A stretch of DNA of 64,000 nt from Hydrolagus affinis. Lineage: Eukaryota. Made by a program: the position numbers and the translations under genes. The DNA is taken from the NCBI GenBank assembly GCA_012026655.1, contig JAAILG010000456.1, positions 1 through 64,000 of the forward strand, in the 5' to 3' direction. The notes below the pieces were generated by a model. It was not told where the DNA came from and ran no database searches. It saw only the letters and a program-made list of their open reading frames with translations. Position 1 is the first letter of the stretch, and every line of letters starts with the position of its first letter. Below, piece after piece: positions 28,899 to 43,180 of this stretch.

Positions 28899-29681
28899 CA
28901 CAGATGCTCTACAGCCTAGTTGACAGAATATGTTAAGCACATAGTATGATATTGATATAACTAGGATCACCATTTGTACGGCAGGGTTGAAAACTATACC
29001 AAGTTGTCTGCACCGAGAATGCCTGGAATTATAGTAGACCTGCCTGGTGTGACTACTCACACTCAAAAGGCACTGGTTAATTCCCCCAAAAGGAATCTCT
29101 TCAAACATGGAACTGATCTTAACCTTGAAAGAGTAAAAGTCCAATCAATATTGCATCTCAGATCCTCCCAGTCACAAGTTCCCTCAACCCACAGCCCAGA
29201 ATGTTAAACAATAGAGAACATCTGCTCATTGTGAAGAATCCAGAGATGATTCAATGCTAGTAATGTAAATATATATCACAATGTTAGTAAAGTGTCCTAA
29301 ATTTAGCTGAGCTCTATTTCAAATGAAATACTATACTATGGAAACACCACCTTCAGCCAAACCATATTTCAACTACTGGGAGGATTGAATGACTTTCGAA
29401 GTTGACGTCACTGAAGCAAGCTGAAAAGAAACAAAGCTTTGTCCGAGTCATAATTGTAGTTGTTGTAACTCCAGTAGCTTGGTGCAGCAATGCCACAAAT
29501 TGTTTAGGAGATTAATTATAATCCTTAGGAAGGATGGGTAGCTAAAAGCCTAGTTCTTCCTTACTGGAATAGTTAAAATAGCTGCACATGCTGACAAACA
29601 CAAGCAGTAGCAGCAAAACTGCAGGGTGGGGGGGTGGGAGAAGAGGAGTGTTGGGGATGCAGCTTTGGAAATGCTACTTAC

Positions 29682-29816
29682 GTCGACAGCCCTTGTGCCA
29701 ATAATATCCCGGCAGGCACTCATCACACTTAGCCCCTGTTGTTCCCTTCTTACAATCACAAACTCCTGCGCCATTACAACGATCATGGACTGAGCCAAAG
29801 GGGTTACATTTACAGT
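29682..29816 (-). CDS. ntng1: Netrin-G1 exon, laminin EGF-like repeat (135 nt, phase 1/1)
   Basis: tttctgcag|AC ... CGA C|gtaagt. Translates (D)CKCNPFGSVHDRCNGAGVCDCKKGTTGAKCDECLPGYYWHKGCR(P) and splices in frame to the terminal exon. Not in the frame shown by the ORF track. Confidence 0.95.
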
Positions 29817-32800
29817 CTGCAGAAACAAGACAACACATACACTGCATAGCTATTCCAAATATAACATGTCTACAAAGCCTAATGCATACCTTTTTCTGGA
29901 GCTAGTAAAGGATGCTTGTCTCCTGAAGTTTACACCATTTCAAAGCATAATTTAAAAAAAGTTATATTAAGCTCTTGTCAATGTGCATTTTATTTGCCTT
30001 CATGAATTTTAAAGAACATTTTTAGGATGAAATTAAATATTTTATTACAACGTCTTTTGCAAATTTGCTTTATGGTTAAATAATTTGGTGTATGTTCTCA
30101 GTGAAAGAGCAATCCGAGAACGAATCAATGTTTTAGAAACACACATTGCAGTGAGGTTGATTTTGGTTAATCCAAGATTGAATGTTAAAATAGATTTTTT
30201 AACGTTTTCAATTTAGTGGCATCCATGTACTGTACTTCAATGTTGCTGCTTAGGAGCAACATTAAATTACTGTTAAGTTTTGCCAATACCTTTTCCTGCT
30301 TCTATATAACTGTAAAATTGCTTGCATTACATAATTATTTGACATTTAAAGAGTTCACTAAACTAAGTTCCATCTTACAAAGTTATTAATTGAACTCTGT
30401 TATGTACAATAGTTAATTTCTGCAACACACATCAATTAAATACCATATTAGACTAGAACAATTATAACAGGGTTGAATTAAAGAGGAGAGGAAAGCAATT
30501 TAACAAAAACATTTAATCCTAAGGGCAGTCCATTTTAAACACTATTAATTATTAAAGTTTAACAAATTCAATTATCTTTTTGCTTATTACTCTTAATGCT
30601 GCAATAAAATGGATTACTCTCCAGAACAATTAGTGTGTAATCATGTAGTGTCAAATATTTCCAGCATGCTTTCAATAATACAATCAGCAATTTAAAGCTC
30701 AAAGTCTGTTTTACATTGCATTTATTTTTCATTCAATATTCTGTTATTTGTTGATATTAAAATGTTAATATAAGAATTTTGTAAACCAAGCAAACAACTT
30801 TACTCTTTGCACAAGATGGTATCCGATCCTTAGTAAGAGGAAACAAAACAATAATTATACAATTAGATTGATTTCTTATATTGCGTTCTCAATATATTTG
30901 GTTAGATTTGTATATAATTTAAAACCTTCATTCTCCATGTGGTTAGTAAAGGATTCCAAGATGAAATGGTTGGACAGATATAATGGGAAAGGGCTAGATT
31001 TGTGACTAGGAGGCCTGATCTCAATTCCAAATGCTCTGAAATTTGAAGTCATGATTCCATGTTGGAGGAGAAGTGTGAGGGTTGAAGGCAGTTGTGAGGT
31101 AAAGGCCTGGCAGTCTCTTCCGGTTCTTTCAAGCAAGAGAGTAGATAACTATTCCAGAGTTTCTGTGATCCCTGGGTAAACGTCTTGCGAGCTGCATTGA
31201 TGCACATTGGTGCAGACATAACTGAGTGGGAGCAGTCCATTCTCTTGATGAAGACAGACGGCAAGAATGGAACGTGGATGTGATAAAATAGATAAACGAA
31301 ACTAAGTTCAATTAAAATCATTTTGTCTTCTTAAAGGTTGTTATATACAGATAAGAGATAAGGAAGAATGGTGTGCAGTGGTGCTTTCTTAATTCTTGAT
31401 CTTCAGATCACGGGATCCCAAATTAGATCAGATTGGAGTGTAATAAGCAGTAGCTGTAGTTTCAAAATGCTGAATATGTTTTATATTGCCACATAGTTTC
31501 ATTGAGTGCTGGCTTTAAGTGTATTTGCTGTAAAGTTGTGGACATTCTAACAGGGACTCACTATACCATTTGGAATAGGCTGGATTCATTGGTTCAGTAA
31601 TACTAGGCGTACTAAGCAAGTCTAAGTGAAAGGAAAAATAATATGAACTGAGGTAACAAGATCAAAGTCTAATTAAAAGAGAAGGAATAGTAGCAAAGGA
31701 GTATGACCAGTTCAGATAGTATGGAGAAAACATGGGAATCGGATATACGAATGAGGCTGGGTTACAGCAAACAAATGGAGGCAAACAAGAATACAGGAAT
31801 GAATACAGGAATCTTGTGCGACAAGGAGAGAATGCAAATGAAAAAGAATTGAAACCAATATAACAAAAAGAAAAAGGGACTATAGAGAAATCAAAATAGA
31901 GAATGTGTGAGGAAATGGGAATGGAGAAAGGAACAAAAAGATTAGTGTTTAACTAAATTAGCAAGGTGTGGGGTAGAGAAAGAGGGGTAAGTGAAGAAGT
32001 GACCGTTTGAAGAGGAGAGTGGAAAACATAAAATAAAGGTGAGACAGAAGCAGAATAAGAGACTATTCACAAGCATTCAGATTAATTCAGACTTCAGAAA
32101 AAGGTATTAAAATTCACATTATTTAAATCTGAATGCTGTATAGAAGCCCATGGGAAATAGATGCCAAAAGCACTTACTATTTGCTATCAATAAAGCAACA
32201 CCTGAGTTGCACAATTCTCCAGCGCAACTGCAAGTGAAATGGATGCTTTTGAAGGATGATCCTTTGAACTATGATCCCTCCGCTGAATGGTTACCAGGGG
32301 GCCACGGTATCAGATATAATAAATGCACACAACATAAAATAACTAGCTAAAAAATATATAAAAATACACCTACCTGGCAGTTACTTGTTTCCAGTCAGTG
32401 ACGCATGATGCCAGGAATGAAACATGCAGTGCCAACCTGTGACACATTTGTGCCAATGTGGCATAGTGCATTCACAGTTTGATAAAGGTCAGCAAAATGC
32501 ACGAACGCACAGCGACATTTTCCTAATAGGGCAGATCACTTAAACCCCCTCGACAGAACTTAGGAAAAGAAAGTCTTGGACAGCTTAATTCATTCTTAAA
32601 ATTCAATTCATGATTCCTAAAGAGGCATCGAAGAGCCAGGGGCAGAGATGGGGGATTGTGACATTAAATTATATATGGCAGTTCAAACAAAAGCTGAACT
32701 TTATTGGAACGAGTCCAGGTTAGTAGCAAGGACGGGGCTGATAAAGGTATAGATAACACTTTGTGACTTTGGTGATATGGCACTTAAAATGGGAAAATCC

Positions 32801-35800
32801 CATTATAATTGCACATTTCAAAATTAACAATGCTTTATTACAAACAGTAAGCATTTAGGAATCTATGTACTAGCCATCATCAGAAACAGGCTATGAATGA
32901 CATTAGGTAAGTCAGCACTGAGGTAAGATGGAGGAATCTCCTGGCAAGTTTGACAAGCTGCGATGAAACTGTTTTGATTGGAATAGCACATCACTTCTTG
33001 TATCACTATAATATATGCTATATACATCAAAATACTACATGCTGCGCTTTCACATCAATGAAAGTAGAATTTGAAATACAGCTTTTTCTTAAAAAAAATG
33101 CATTCGTAGAGCAAATAGAATCCTTATTTATTTTAATATTTGAGTATTTGCACAGTCTAACTGGTACAATTTCAACCCTGTGTTTGTATTATATAAGGCA
33201 TTATTTCTCAAATGAGAAAGCAAGGGCTTCTGTGTTTGCTATACATCTCTGTGTATAGCAATTACTCTGTCTTTAGTTTAGACCAGTGTAAAATTAAGGT
33301 TTTTAAAATCAAACCCGATTTTTAAAATAATTTCCAAACATTCTTCAAGAAAGAGTGGGCTAAGCCACAGTATGAAACTATACAAACCAAGAGGTCATAA
33401 AAATATACCTACTGGAATTTATGGCCATGGTAACCAAGAGTTGGTTGATGCCAACAGGTCTTGGACTTGTAACTGGAGGTAAATTTGAGAACTTGCTTAG
33501 GACTGAAGTGGGTGATTGGGCCTGGTGAGGAGGTCCAGTTGATATTCTTGTATAACTGTTGGCTTCTGTTGGCTGTACCTCCAATCCTACATTATTTATG
33601 AGATTTATGTTATCAAGCATTTCCCCTAATATTTCAGTACATAATCCTCCTTGCAAAACATGAATATGCATAGAGATAATGTATTACAAAAGGTCAATGA
33701 AGTTCAAGCTGCAGTGTCTATGTTAATACATTTGCCCAGTTCCAATTATTTCTGGGGTTGCATATTAATAGATCTCCACTTTCATTTAAGGTCTAGTAAA
33801 TATATCTGTTAATACAATTAGACATGCTATGTCAGCAACACTCAACACTTGGAAGAACGACCCAAGAAAATAACCCACAAAATAAGAAATAACTGAAAGA
33901 GAAATCCACATTATGTATGTGGATGAAGAACAACTGCACATTTGCATGCCTGACTTGCATTGGTCTGTTTTAGTGTACAGTGATGATAATAGTTAAGAAT
34001 AAAGAAACATTGCTTAAAACAATATATGGTGGCTTGTACAGTAATAAATATTAAATATTTGTATAACAATGTACAGTACTTAATATTCTCTGCTAAGCCT
34101 GGCAAATTAAAATAAACCTAGCTCCCATGAATAGATTTGAATGTAATTTGTGGAAACTGAATTATGTTGCTGTAAAATGACTTTATCGACCGATTTAAAT
34201 CATGTTCAGAAAATGACATTAAAAGTTACTTATTAAAATTATGTCATGTTATCAAAAATGAACAAACCTAAAAAGTTTAATTCCGCCACCCCCTCCCCCA
34301 CCACCACCAATTGATAGCTGGAAGTGTTTTCTTTCATCTGGGCCAAGATGCCATAGTACTGCATATTTCTTAGAAGAGATAGCAAGTCAATTTAAGCAAG
34401 CAAATCACACACATGGGAATGAAAAGGGAAATGTATTCTGCACTATGTTAACAAAAGCTTCATTCCTAGAATCAATTTCTTACAAGAAATGAGAAATATC
34501 ACAAAATGGAATCTGATTAAAATGTTTTTCTCTTGAATAAAACGTACAACTGTGATATACAGGCGATATCTGACACAGAAGCTTTACTGGCTTTTTAAAC
34601 AGAATTCTTTAGGAATCTCTAGTTTATGAGATCTGGTATTTCACAATCCCTTGAAGAGCAATGGGTTATCAGAGATAGGCTCTGTATCATTGCACAAGAC
34701 TTGAATGTGATTTTCAGTGGAACACACATGGGAAGTGCAATTATGGTATTACTCTTTGATGAAACAATGTTTGTCCTCATCGGTGTCCATTTCAAGTATA
34801 CTGTGACATGAAAGAGAACAGGTTTAATGTAATATTAAACTGTTTAGTGGTGCAGTAGGTTTGCAGAACTAAGAATGCCACAAAGAACATTCTTACAGAC
34901 AATACGGGAAAAGCAAATGTTAGAACTGATCTCTTGGATACCATCTTGTTGCAAAGGTGAATGGCACAAAACATACAGTAATCAACAATGGATCATGACT
35001 GACAGAATGCCAGTGTGTTTGTATGCTAGTCATAATACAAACAGAGTACATTCTCTGAATTAACTAATTTCTGAAACATGAAGACGGGATGCAATGATTC
35101 TAAAGGTCCATTTTGGAGCTGTTTATTTGACTATCAATTTAATATGGGTGAAACCATGGATTATGAGTGACCTTTGTTTTCAAACTGGTAAGATCAGCAC
35201 TTTCATACCCAATTAAAATATATGCCAGGGTTCTCTTGTTTATATTTTTCCATTGCAAAATACTGAATTACAATACAATTCACAATATGGATTAAATGTA
35301 TACAACTTTATACAACACCCTTCATGTCAAGTGGACATTCCAAACTTTGAAATTACAAAAGCATTCAATTAAACATTTAAAAATTGAATTAAAATTGAAT
35401 TATCGCAAAGAGTAGCTTTATTGATTATTATATGATTTGGTTTCTCTGACATTTGTGAGATTCAGATTTGTTTAATTAGTACACTTTCCTGTGTTCTGCT
35501 GCTTCCCCATCATCATCACCACCTGTGGAGTTAGTATATTGATGCTTATCTGTCTCCTGCAGAGGCTAGACAGATGTTCCCTGAGAAAAAGTCAAACACT
35601 GAAAAGTTTAAGCTTTTAATTGAGACCTTCAGCCCTTATTTGTAGTTAAAATTTGAAATGGATAGTCTTTAGTCTTCCAGATGTTAGATTGAACTATTTA
35701 GTCAGAAGGCAGGTTGCCTTTCTAAACTTCAGCAGAGGTATTTTAATCTTTGTTTGTGCAGTTAGCTAGTTAAATCATCAAATGGAATGACTCTTGCAGT

Positions 35801-36589
35801 GTCGTTCTGCAGTGGACACTGTGCATCACAGCAGATTGAAGGAGGAGGTTAACCTCAGCAGGTAGTGCAGCTTGTGAAGGTAATTGGAACATGAATAATT
35901 GCTTCTTCCACTGAGTCAGCTGAAGCAGCATCTACTGCCAACTATGGCAGTAAGAGAAAACCTCTACTAATAGGTAGAATCATCTGATAAGTTGTTTGTT
36001 AATGGTGCTCAGGCGCCATTCACCTCTCTAGAGAGCTTTTAAAGAAGATGCCCTGTGAGCACTTGAAGTTGATTTGTGTTTTTCCTCCAGTCGCAGTAAA
36101 TAAGCAGAACTGGAGACAAGAATGAATGAGTTGTCCTTAGGATTATGAGGCACGCTTTGGATTCTTAAGGCAAGGTGAGAGGGAGGAGAAATAAAGGACA
36201 GAAGCACCTGTACATCATTTTCATCGCACTGCAACCATGTACCTGTACATGGAAGCAGAGAATAGGTTTCAATGCAACCTATATCATTGCATTTTATGTA
36301 TTTATCCCAAAAGAAGAAAGGTTTGATAAATGCTTGTTTCGGGAAGCTGAATTTTTGAAAATATGTAATATGCAGAGGTGTTAAGGCTGAATCTATAGCT
36401 GATGGTAACAAAAATCTGACTCCATGTTCGTCAGAGGAAGTGATTAAACTGATACTAATTTGACTTTTGTCAATAAGGAAATGCATGAAAATATTATTAT
36501 AATATGCTAATAAAATGAAATGCTAATAGTAAATGGAGGAACATAGATAGGATGGAATATTGAAGAGTGATATCAAATGGGATTTGAAG

Positions 36590-36680
36590 CCTTGAAGAAG
36601 AATGGGAGTCGATTGGCTCATGTGGAGAAAAATGCACATCTGATGGGGTGAATGGCCTGTTCCTGTACTGTAATATTCTG
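36590..36680 (+). mobile_element. Degenerate CR1 LINE 3' end
   Basis: ggctcatgtggag..gatggggtgaatggcctgttcctgtactgtaa. Minus-strand equivalents lie near 7025-7077 and 22560-22602. Confidence 0.55.
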
Positions 36681-38220
36681 AACTGAAAATGCACAATTAG
36701 AACAACCAGTGTGCTCCTTTCATGAGGAACCCTTGTGAATTCCAAAGACATTTTCTGCCCTAATACTCTACAACAGATGCATGGGATACATCTTTTTAAA
36801 AGAATAACATACTGTGGAGACTAATTTGCAGGTCGGGTTAACCATATGCTAAATGCATATAGGATCTTTCATGATGTAACAGAACAATGAAAAGGATTCC
36901 AGGTGATTCTGTTTTCACTTTACGATTCATAGGGAATGCTGCGTGAAGGGCCAAGGTCCATAAATGCAGGACATTAAGCCTGAATAGAATAGGAGAGAAG
37001 GAAAAAATAAATCATAATATTTTAGTTGGGCAAAACCAAGCTCGGGATTCATATATGTCTGTCATATAAACTAACTCTTGCCTCTCCTCAGAAGTGGCTG
37101 ACAGTCATTTTGATAATCCCAAAAGAGAAGTTTAAGTATTAAATTCAAATGCTGTCACAGGCCAACTGTTACTTATTGGCAAGTGAGTAATGGGGCTAGT
37201 ATGAATGTTTAGCTGCCTGACTCCACAGAAAGACAAAATTAATTAAAATACTTTCCAAGTCCACTGTTTATTGCTAAACGGGAGAAAAAGAGAGAAAAAT
37301 AATTGTGACTTCAACTGCACACAGAAGCAGATTAAAATATTAGTTTAATGGCAATGGAGGAAGAGTAAACTAGTTCTCCAGCCATGATGTTGTGCTACCT
37401 ACCACATGATGCAATATCAATTAATCCAAAGGGATTTAACAAAACATCTCCTCTATAACATATAAGCAGTTGAACACTACCGGACTGAAAATTGTTGCCT
37501 ATTCAATTCAAGTATCATTTTGATAAATTTTAAATTCTTTCCTAGTACTGTATGTTTTTCCTAACTTTCTATGGTCTGGGAATGACAGAGGGTTTCATGA
37601 ATCATCTTCACAGCCCCTACCTTTTATGCAGTTTTCGTGTAAGCATTTGTGCCTTGGAAAATTTTCAACATTTCAATTAATTGACTACAGAGGTAGTTGG
37701 CAGTTTAAATCATTGCATCCCAGAGATTTGAATTTGACATCAGCAAGCTGCAATAAGATGCCTGAATGCTCTGAACGGCAACTAGAGTCTGCAGTGATAC
37801 ATTTCAAGCAGCTAACCTATAGCTAGTATACGTCTCTAGCCAAACTTGTCTAACTGGATGGAAAGCAGCCTAGCAGTGATAGGGATGAGCAAAAATAATT
37901 CATTCCCTTTTAACCTGGAATCTGTAATCTTCTGTGTAACTTTGGAAAAATAGTGTTCATTGGTACTGTATTTTGGTATAACATCAGGATTAATTCACAG
38001 CATATATGAGTACTAAGTGTGCAATAAATTTGACACATGCCAGGTTTCTAATTCAGTGCAACTCACCCTTAAAAACAGACAATGCTTTGCTTGCAAGCTT
38101 CTTTTAAAGGGAAGTGAAAGTGTGAACGTTTTTGCTCAGTCCTAGCGGTGTTTTTTTTTTGGTGGAATCAAAAGTGCAAAGGAACAAAGTAATAGCCAAT
38201 ATTATAACAAAAGAACTGAC

Positions 38221-38388
38221 CTATGCAAACATTCTCATCGTCCAGCTCTGCGGAAGCATTTCTGTGGTAGCCGAGCCTGCATAACTGACAGTGATGGCCT
38301 CTAGTGTTGTGTTTACAGCTCACACAAATGACTGTGGTTAGCAGTTCGATGTAACTGCACCGTTTCGAGTGGCCGAAGCATTCGCAGT
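38221..38388 (-). CDS. ntng1: Netrin-G1 exon, laminin EGF-like repeat (168 nt, phase 1/1)
   Basis: ttcttccttgcaag|AC ... ATA G|gtcagt. Translates [56 protein letters not shown], the netrin-G signature. CECFGHS and VICVSC favour NTNG1. Confidence 0.96.
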
Positions 38389-41300
38389 CTTGCAAGGAAG
38401 AACAAAAATGTATACAGAATGTATACAATTGCAAATTTAGAGCAGATTGCATGCGTTTACTAATAAAGTATGGAAAGGAAATGGCTGAATGAGAGGGAGG
38501 TACAAACACATTAGCAATGAATATAAAACATTAAGACTTGTGGCTTGACATATTTGCTTGCATTGGCATCAGGCAGATGACAATGGATGGATCTCAGTTG
38601 TGGAACAATGGAACTGAATTAAACTGCATTGATTTCTTCATGCAGCTGGGAAGTATATATTTGAAAAGTAGATTTGCCTTTCAAGTAATTTCAGAATTTT
38701 CTGCTTTGATTTACAGACAAGCTGACGTTACACTCTACACCACATCTTGCCTCCCTAGACCTAATGTCAGTTAAAAGAAAACTGAAAGAATACACAATTG
38801 GGCAACATATCTGAATCGTACTAATTCAGGTCCAGATCAAATTTAATTGACCAAACTCTTAGCAAAATCTTTATAAAGTAATAAATACATGGTATTGTAC
38901 GTCACATAAACAATGATGGGTTTTGCTGGTATTTTCACCTGACATCACCGCCAATTTGAAATGAGCCTACTATTGTACATGGCAACAGATATGTAAAGAG
39001 AAATACAGGTGAAACAACGCACTCTATAGGATAATGCATGTACTCCTCATTCATATTCAGGGTAACAGAATTTGTAATTGAATTAGTGCAAGCATGGCTG
39101 GGAATTTTGTTGGGGGCGATGCAGGTTTAACAACTGATTCCTTTTTATCTGATATTGTTTAAGGTGAAAGTTTGTGCCACTGATTATTCACCGTGTAATA
39201 TTTTATACAGAAAGACTTTGGCAGTCAGAATAGAGACTATTACTGTGCATTCATTCTTATGTACACAGCACCGTAGCTCTTCCCTATAAACAAAATGTAT
39301 TGCTAAAGTTACACATCAAAATGGAAAATATTTTCATACAACACTGTGCCAGATTAGCCCCTTTGCAATTTTCCAGATAGACGTATGCTTTTGATTGTGA
39401 AACATCTTGATACACACTGGCCTGTAAATTGTTAATACCGAACATTAGAATTAGAAACCTCTACCAACCCATGGAATGTTCTGAATAAATCACAACAGAT
39501 TTGGCTTGCTTTTTTTTTGTGTGTATGTGTGTTTCATTTCCGTGCCAAAACTGCTGCAGCAGTCCTCAAAAGGTGAAATTCCAGAATATTACATTTGCTA
39601 TTCTCTGCAATGTACCTGATCAACTATTCATCCTGTTTAACCTCGTGACTCACTGACTGAAGTGGTTTTTGCCTCCAAATAGTTCAAACAGGTAATTTAT
39701 AAGTGAAAAAATCAGATTGATATTACAATTACAAATAAGAGGATTCTGAATATTCCTAAAGTAGATACATTATAATTTAAAACAGGATGATGAAGGCACA
39801 ATAATTTCTCAGTAAATAACTATGTAATTTCACATTAAATATCTTAAGAAATTACAAGAAGATCCAACATTTTCATTATTTTTCCAGTTTCCAAACTGAT
39901 TTGACTTGCATCAACTATTTTTATATTTTAGGAGGACGAAAAAAATCTTTTCTGCAAAGAAAGGCTATTATTTACATGCAAAATGTTCTCAAGAAGCTCA
40001 TTTGAATTTAAGAGGCTTAACATCTAATCTAAAAAAAAGGCACATTAAATTGGCAAGAATTACAACTTAAATGTATCCATTCTATTTGAAAGGGCAACAC
40101 ATATTTCTTAAGTTTGTACCTGAAACATTAATCTTTATTAATAAAAGAAACTGATCACCACTCTCACCTCGCAGACTCCAAAATGTTCAGTATTTTAATA
40201 CTTTGGATTTTTCTTTGATATGAATAATGCATGATCCAATCCTGCTTCACAATATAATTTAGCATTACATTGTTTGAATAAAAATTAAGTATTTTCTTAA
40301 CCAGTGCAAAACTTTAATGTATACTTAATTCATTAAAGCATTTAAGAGTCCAATTTTTTTTTAAAAATCCTCATGGCAACAGTAGTTTCTCTACCTAAAT
40401 CAAAAACATGGTTTAATGTTAAACACACATATGGTACATGTTTGGGAACTACCCCAATAACTAAGAATGCAGCACTGAACCAAACTGAGCAAGAAGATTT
40501 TAACCTCTTGACACCCAAGCCCCTGTAGAGTTAATCTGGGGGCACCAAAATTGATCACCCTCTACCTATAGATGGCGAAACACTGAAGAGAGAGTTTCTG
40601 ATTCTGATCACTGCTCATTGGCTGCAACTAACACTCCTCACCTCCACCATCAAGAGGCTGTGTGGAAATTGTGGATTGGTTTGACTCATTCGCTCCACAG
40701 TTAAACAGTCTACTGGTGCTCACTCCCCAGGTTCCAACTTGAAAAATGGTTTGCATTGAAAAGGTGAACTACTGGTACCCAGGAAACTAACTCCCCCAGA
40801 ATGACTTGGTGTGATGAGTGGAGAAATGGGAGGTGAAGTCTAAAAAACTATCTTTGGGATGCTTTGAATTTTCAGTAAATTCCTGAAAAATTGACCCTGG
40901 CTTAACTTGGCATGATCATTTAAGTCACTCTGTTGCCAACATCCCTGCTGTTTCTGATGCAAAATGTTAATGTTTACTTTGACTAGAGAGATGTTTTTAA
41001 CATAGACAGTGCACGCTAAAGCTGTAAAAACAACACAAATTAGTTTTATTAAAAACATGCCTTTTGTATCTAAGACAATGCAAACTAGACTATAGGAGTG
41101 GGAATGAGTAATAGAGAAGCTGTTACAATAATTTCCCTTTAATGTCAAAGGTTATAAGGATTAATCTGACATTCACAAAACCAGCAGACTCTACATCAAT
41201 ATAGCGTCTAATCTTTAGAAAAACTGAGGCATGATAACGTTCCTTACATTTTAAAAAATTAATCATGACTTTTTTTTAAAGAGCGCTGGGAATAGCCAGA

Positions 41301-42556
41301 AAATAATTTTGTGCATTTGTACTATACTATTTATTCAATTAAAACTAGGCTGAATAGTAAGCAATTTCTGAACTAGAAAAAAAATCACCAAGCAGCTGAT
41401 CATAATAATTATTTATATTTGTCTTTTATTTGTCAGACAACAGGCTGTGAAAATAATTTCTAGTGGTACTTACTATCTTTGTATAATCTGTGTTTCATAG
41501 CATCTCTTCATTTATTAAGGGTGATCAATAATACAAGCTTCCTACTATATTAACTGTGCTCCACCGATTTTAGGGTGCTGGTTATTATGCATTGTCACTA
41601 CATATGCATTAGTTCATGCTGTTGGAAATATGATAGAATTCCTCATAAAAATAATCTACACTGTACCATGCTGAACAGAATTTTAATTATGAACCTTTGG
41701 CTTGTGCATGTAGCCTATCTGACAGTGCTTTAGGTTGTCTGAAAACAAAGAGTTATCCTTTCATGCTGCACTTTCGCTTAATACATTGGCATCCATAATT
41801 TACTCTGATGGCAGAATTTCATAGTGAAGCTGTTCAGAGATACCACCTGAAAAATATGCTACAGTGAATGAAAACCTGTGCAGAACTTTGCAGTCACCTT
41901 TACAACGAAATACACTGGCCAATTTGGTTCTGCTGTAGAGGTATCCTCAAATGCCAAGTAATATTTTCAATGTGCCAAAAAATACTATCCTTACAAATAT
42001 TCACTGTATGCTAAATCTGTGTGCAAACACCATATGGAACCCCCGTGAATCCTCTTGAACAGATAAAAGTTTCACTTTTGATAGCAAAATAAGTTCTTTT
42101 AATTGATACTACACCTGAGCTGACTAAGTTTTATGTGCACGGAAAAAAACCATTTCTGAAACATCACTTGGGATCATGAGTACCAGGATTATTTTAAATG
42201 GATTGATATATATTGCTTCTAGTCCAAGATCAGATTAAATAGAATATGGTATTAATTTAGTCAAATGAACTGTAAACTCCAGGCTTGCTGTTCACGTGAA
42301 CAAGTGATTGTTGTGGTGAAAAACTATACCAACCTTCATTCAATAGACCCCATATTGTAAATTAAAGCTGTGTCAAATCCTGTAACCCATCAGTCAGATA
42401 AAGCTGATTATCACATTAGTACGTCATAAAATGTACTGGTAATTTTAATCTAGTTGCCTATCATGCTTGCAAATTCATTTGTCAATAATTATGTTCAAAA
42501 GAACAACTAAATTCAGGGAAAATAGGAAACATGTTTTGCGCCCTATAAAATAATAA

Positions 42557-42727
42557 TTTGGTCACTCAATTCATGACTGTTTGTGGGACACTGCTGTGCG
42601 CAACTGGCGGCCGTGTTTCATCCACGTAGATACAGCCAATCCACTTTACAGTATATTCTGTGAATTGCTTTGAGATGTCTATAAGATGTGAAAAGCACTA
42701 TATCAAATGCAAGTATTATTATTATTA
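42557..42727 (+). mobile_element. SINE 3' half
   Basis: catgactgtttgtgggacactgctgtgcgcaa..atatcaaatgcaagt(att)n. Confidence 0.85.
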
Positions 42728-43032
42728 AATTTTGCTTTTATCGTTTTTAGAGCCCTCTTCTTATTCACAATTATGTGAAACTCAAAACTTACTTTTTTTT
42801 CTCTCCGCAGAGTTTATATCCCAAGCCATATGACGAGGGGTTCTGAATATATTTTTAAAATCATAATATTTATTTGATCAATGATACAAGTTTTACTTTT
42901 GCTACAATTTCCATACTTTCTTATTTTCATATATATATATTTAAAAATATGATGCAGTGTTCAACCACACTGCCAAAAGTCAATGATGAAGAGTGTAGCC
43001 AAAGAAGTGTTTTTTTTAATTAAAAAGATGAT

Positions 43033-43180
43033 TAAGGGATAAAGGGATTAAGGGATATGGGCATAAAGCGGGTAGGTGGAGTTAGAATAGATCAGCCATG
43101 ATCTTATTGAATGGCGGGGCAGGCTCGAGGGGCCGAATGGCCTACTCCTGCTCCTAATTCTTACATTCTTGTGATTCTTG
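43033..43180 (+). mobile_element. CR1 (HER1/HE1-type) 3' end
   Basis: gatcagccatgatcttattgaatggcggggcaggctcgaggggccgaatggcctactcctgctcctaattctt is the 3' terminus typical of chondrichthyan CR1 LINEs and their partner SINEs. Confidence 0.85.

Noticed and set aside
29550-29828. 92-aa ORF over the 135-nt exon
   Set aside because: Wrong frame. The real exon uses another frame, defined by its splice sites and cysteine pattern.
31640-32070. Long purine-rich plus-strand stretch
   Set aside because: No ORF or periodicity. Possibly decayed LINE sequence, but not assignable by eye.
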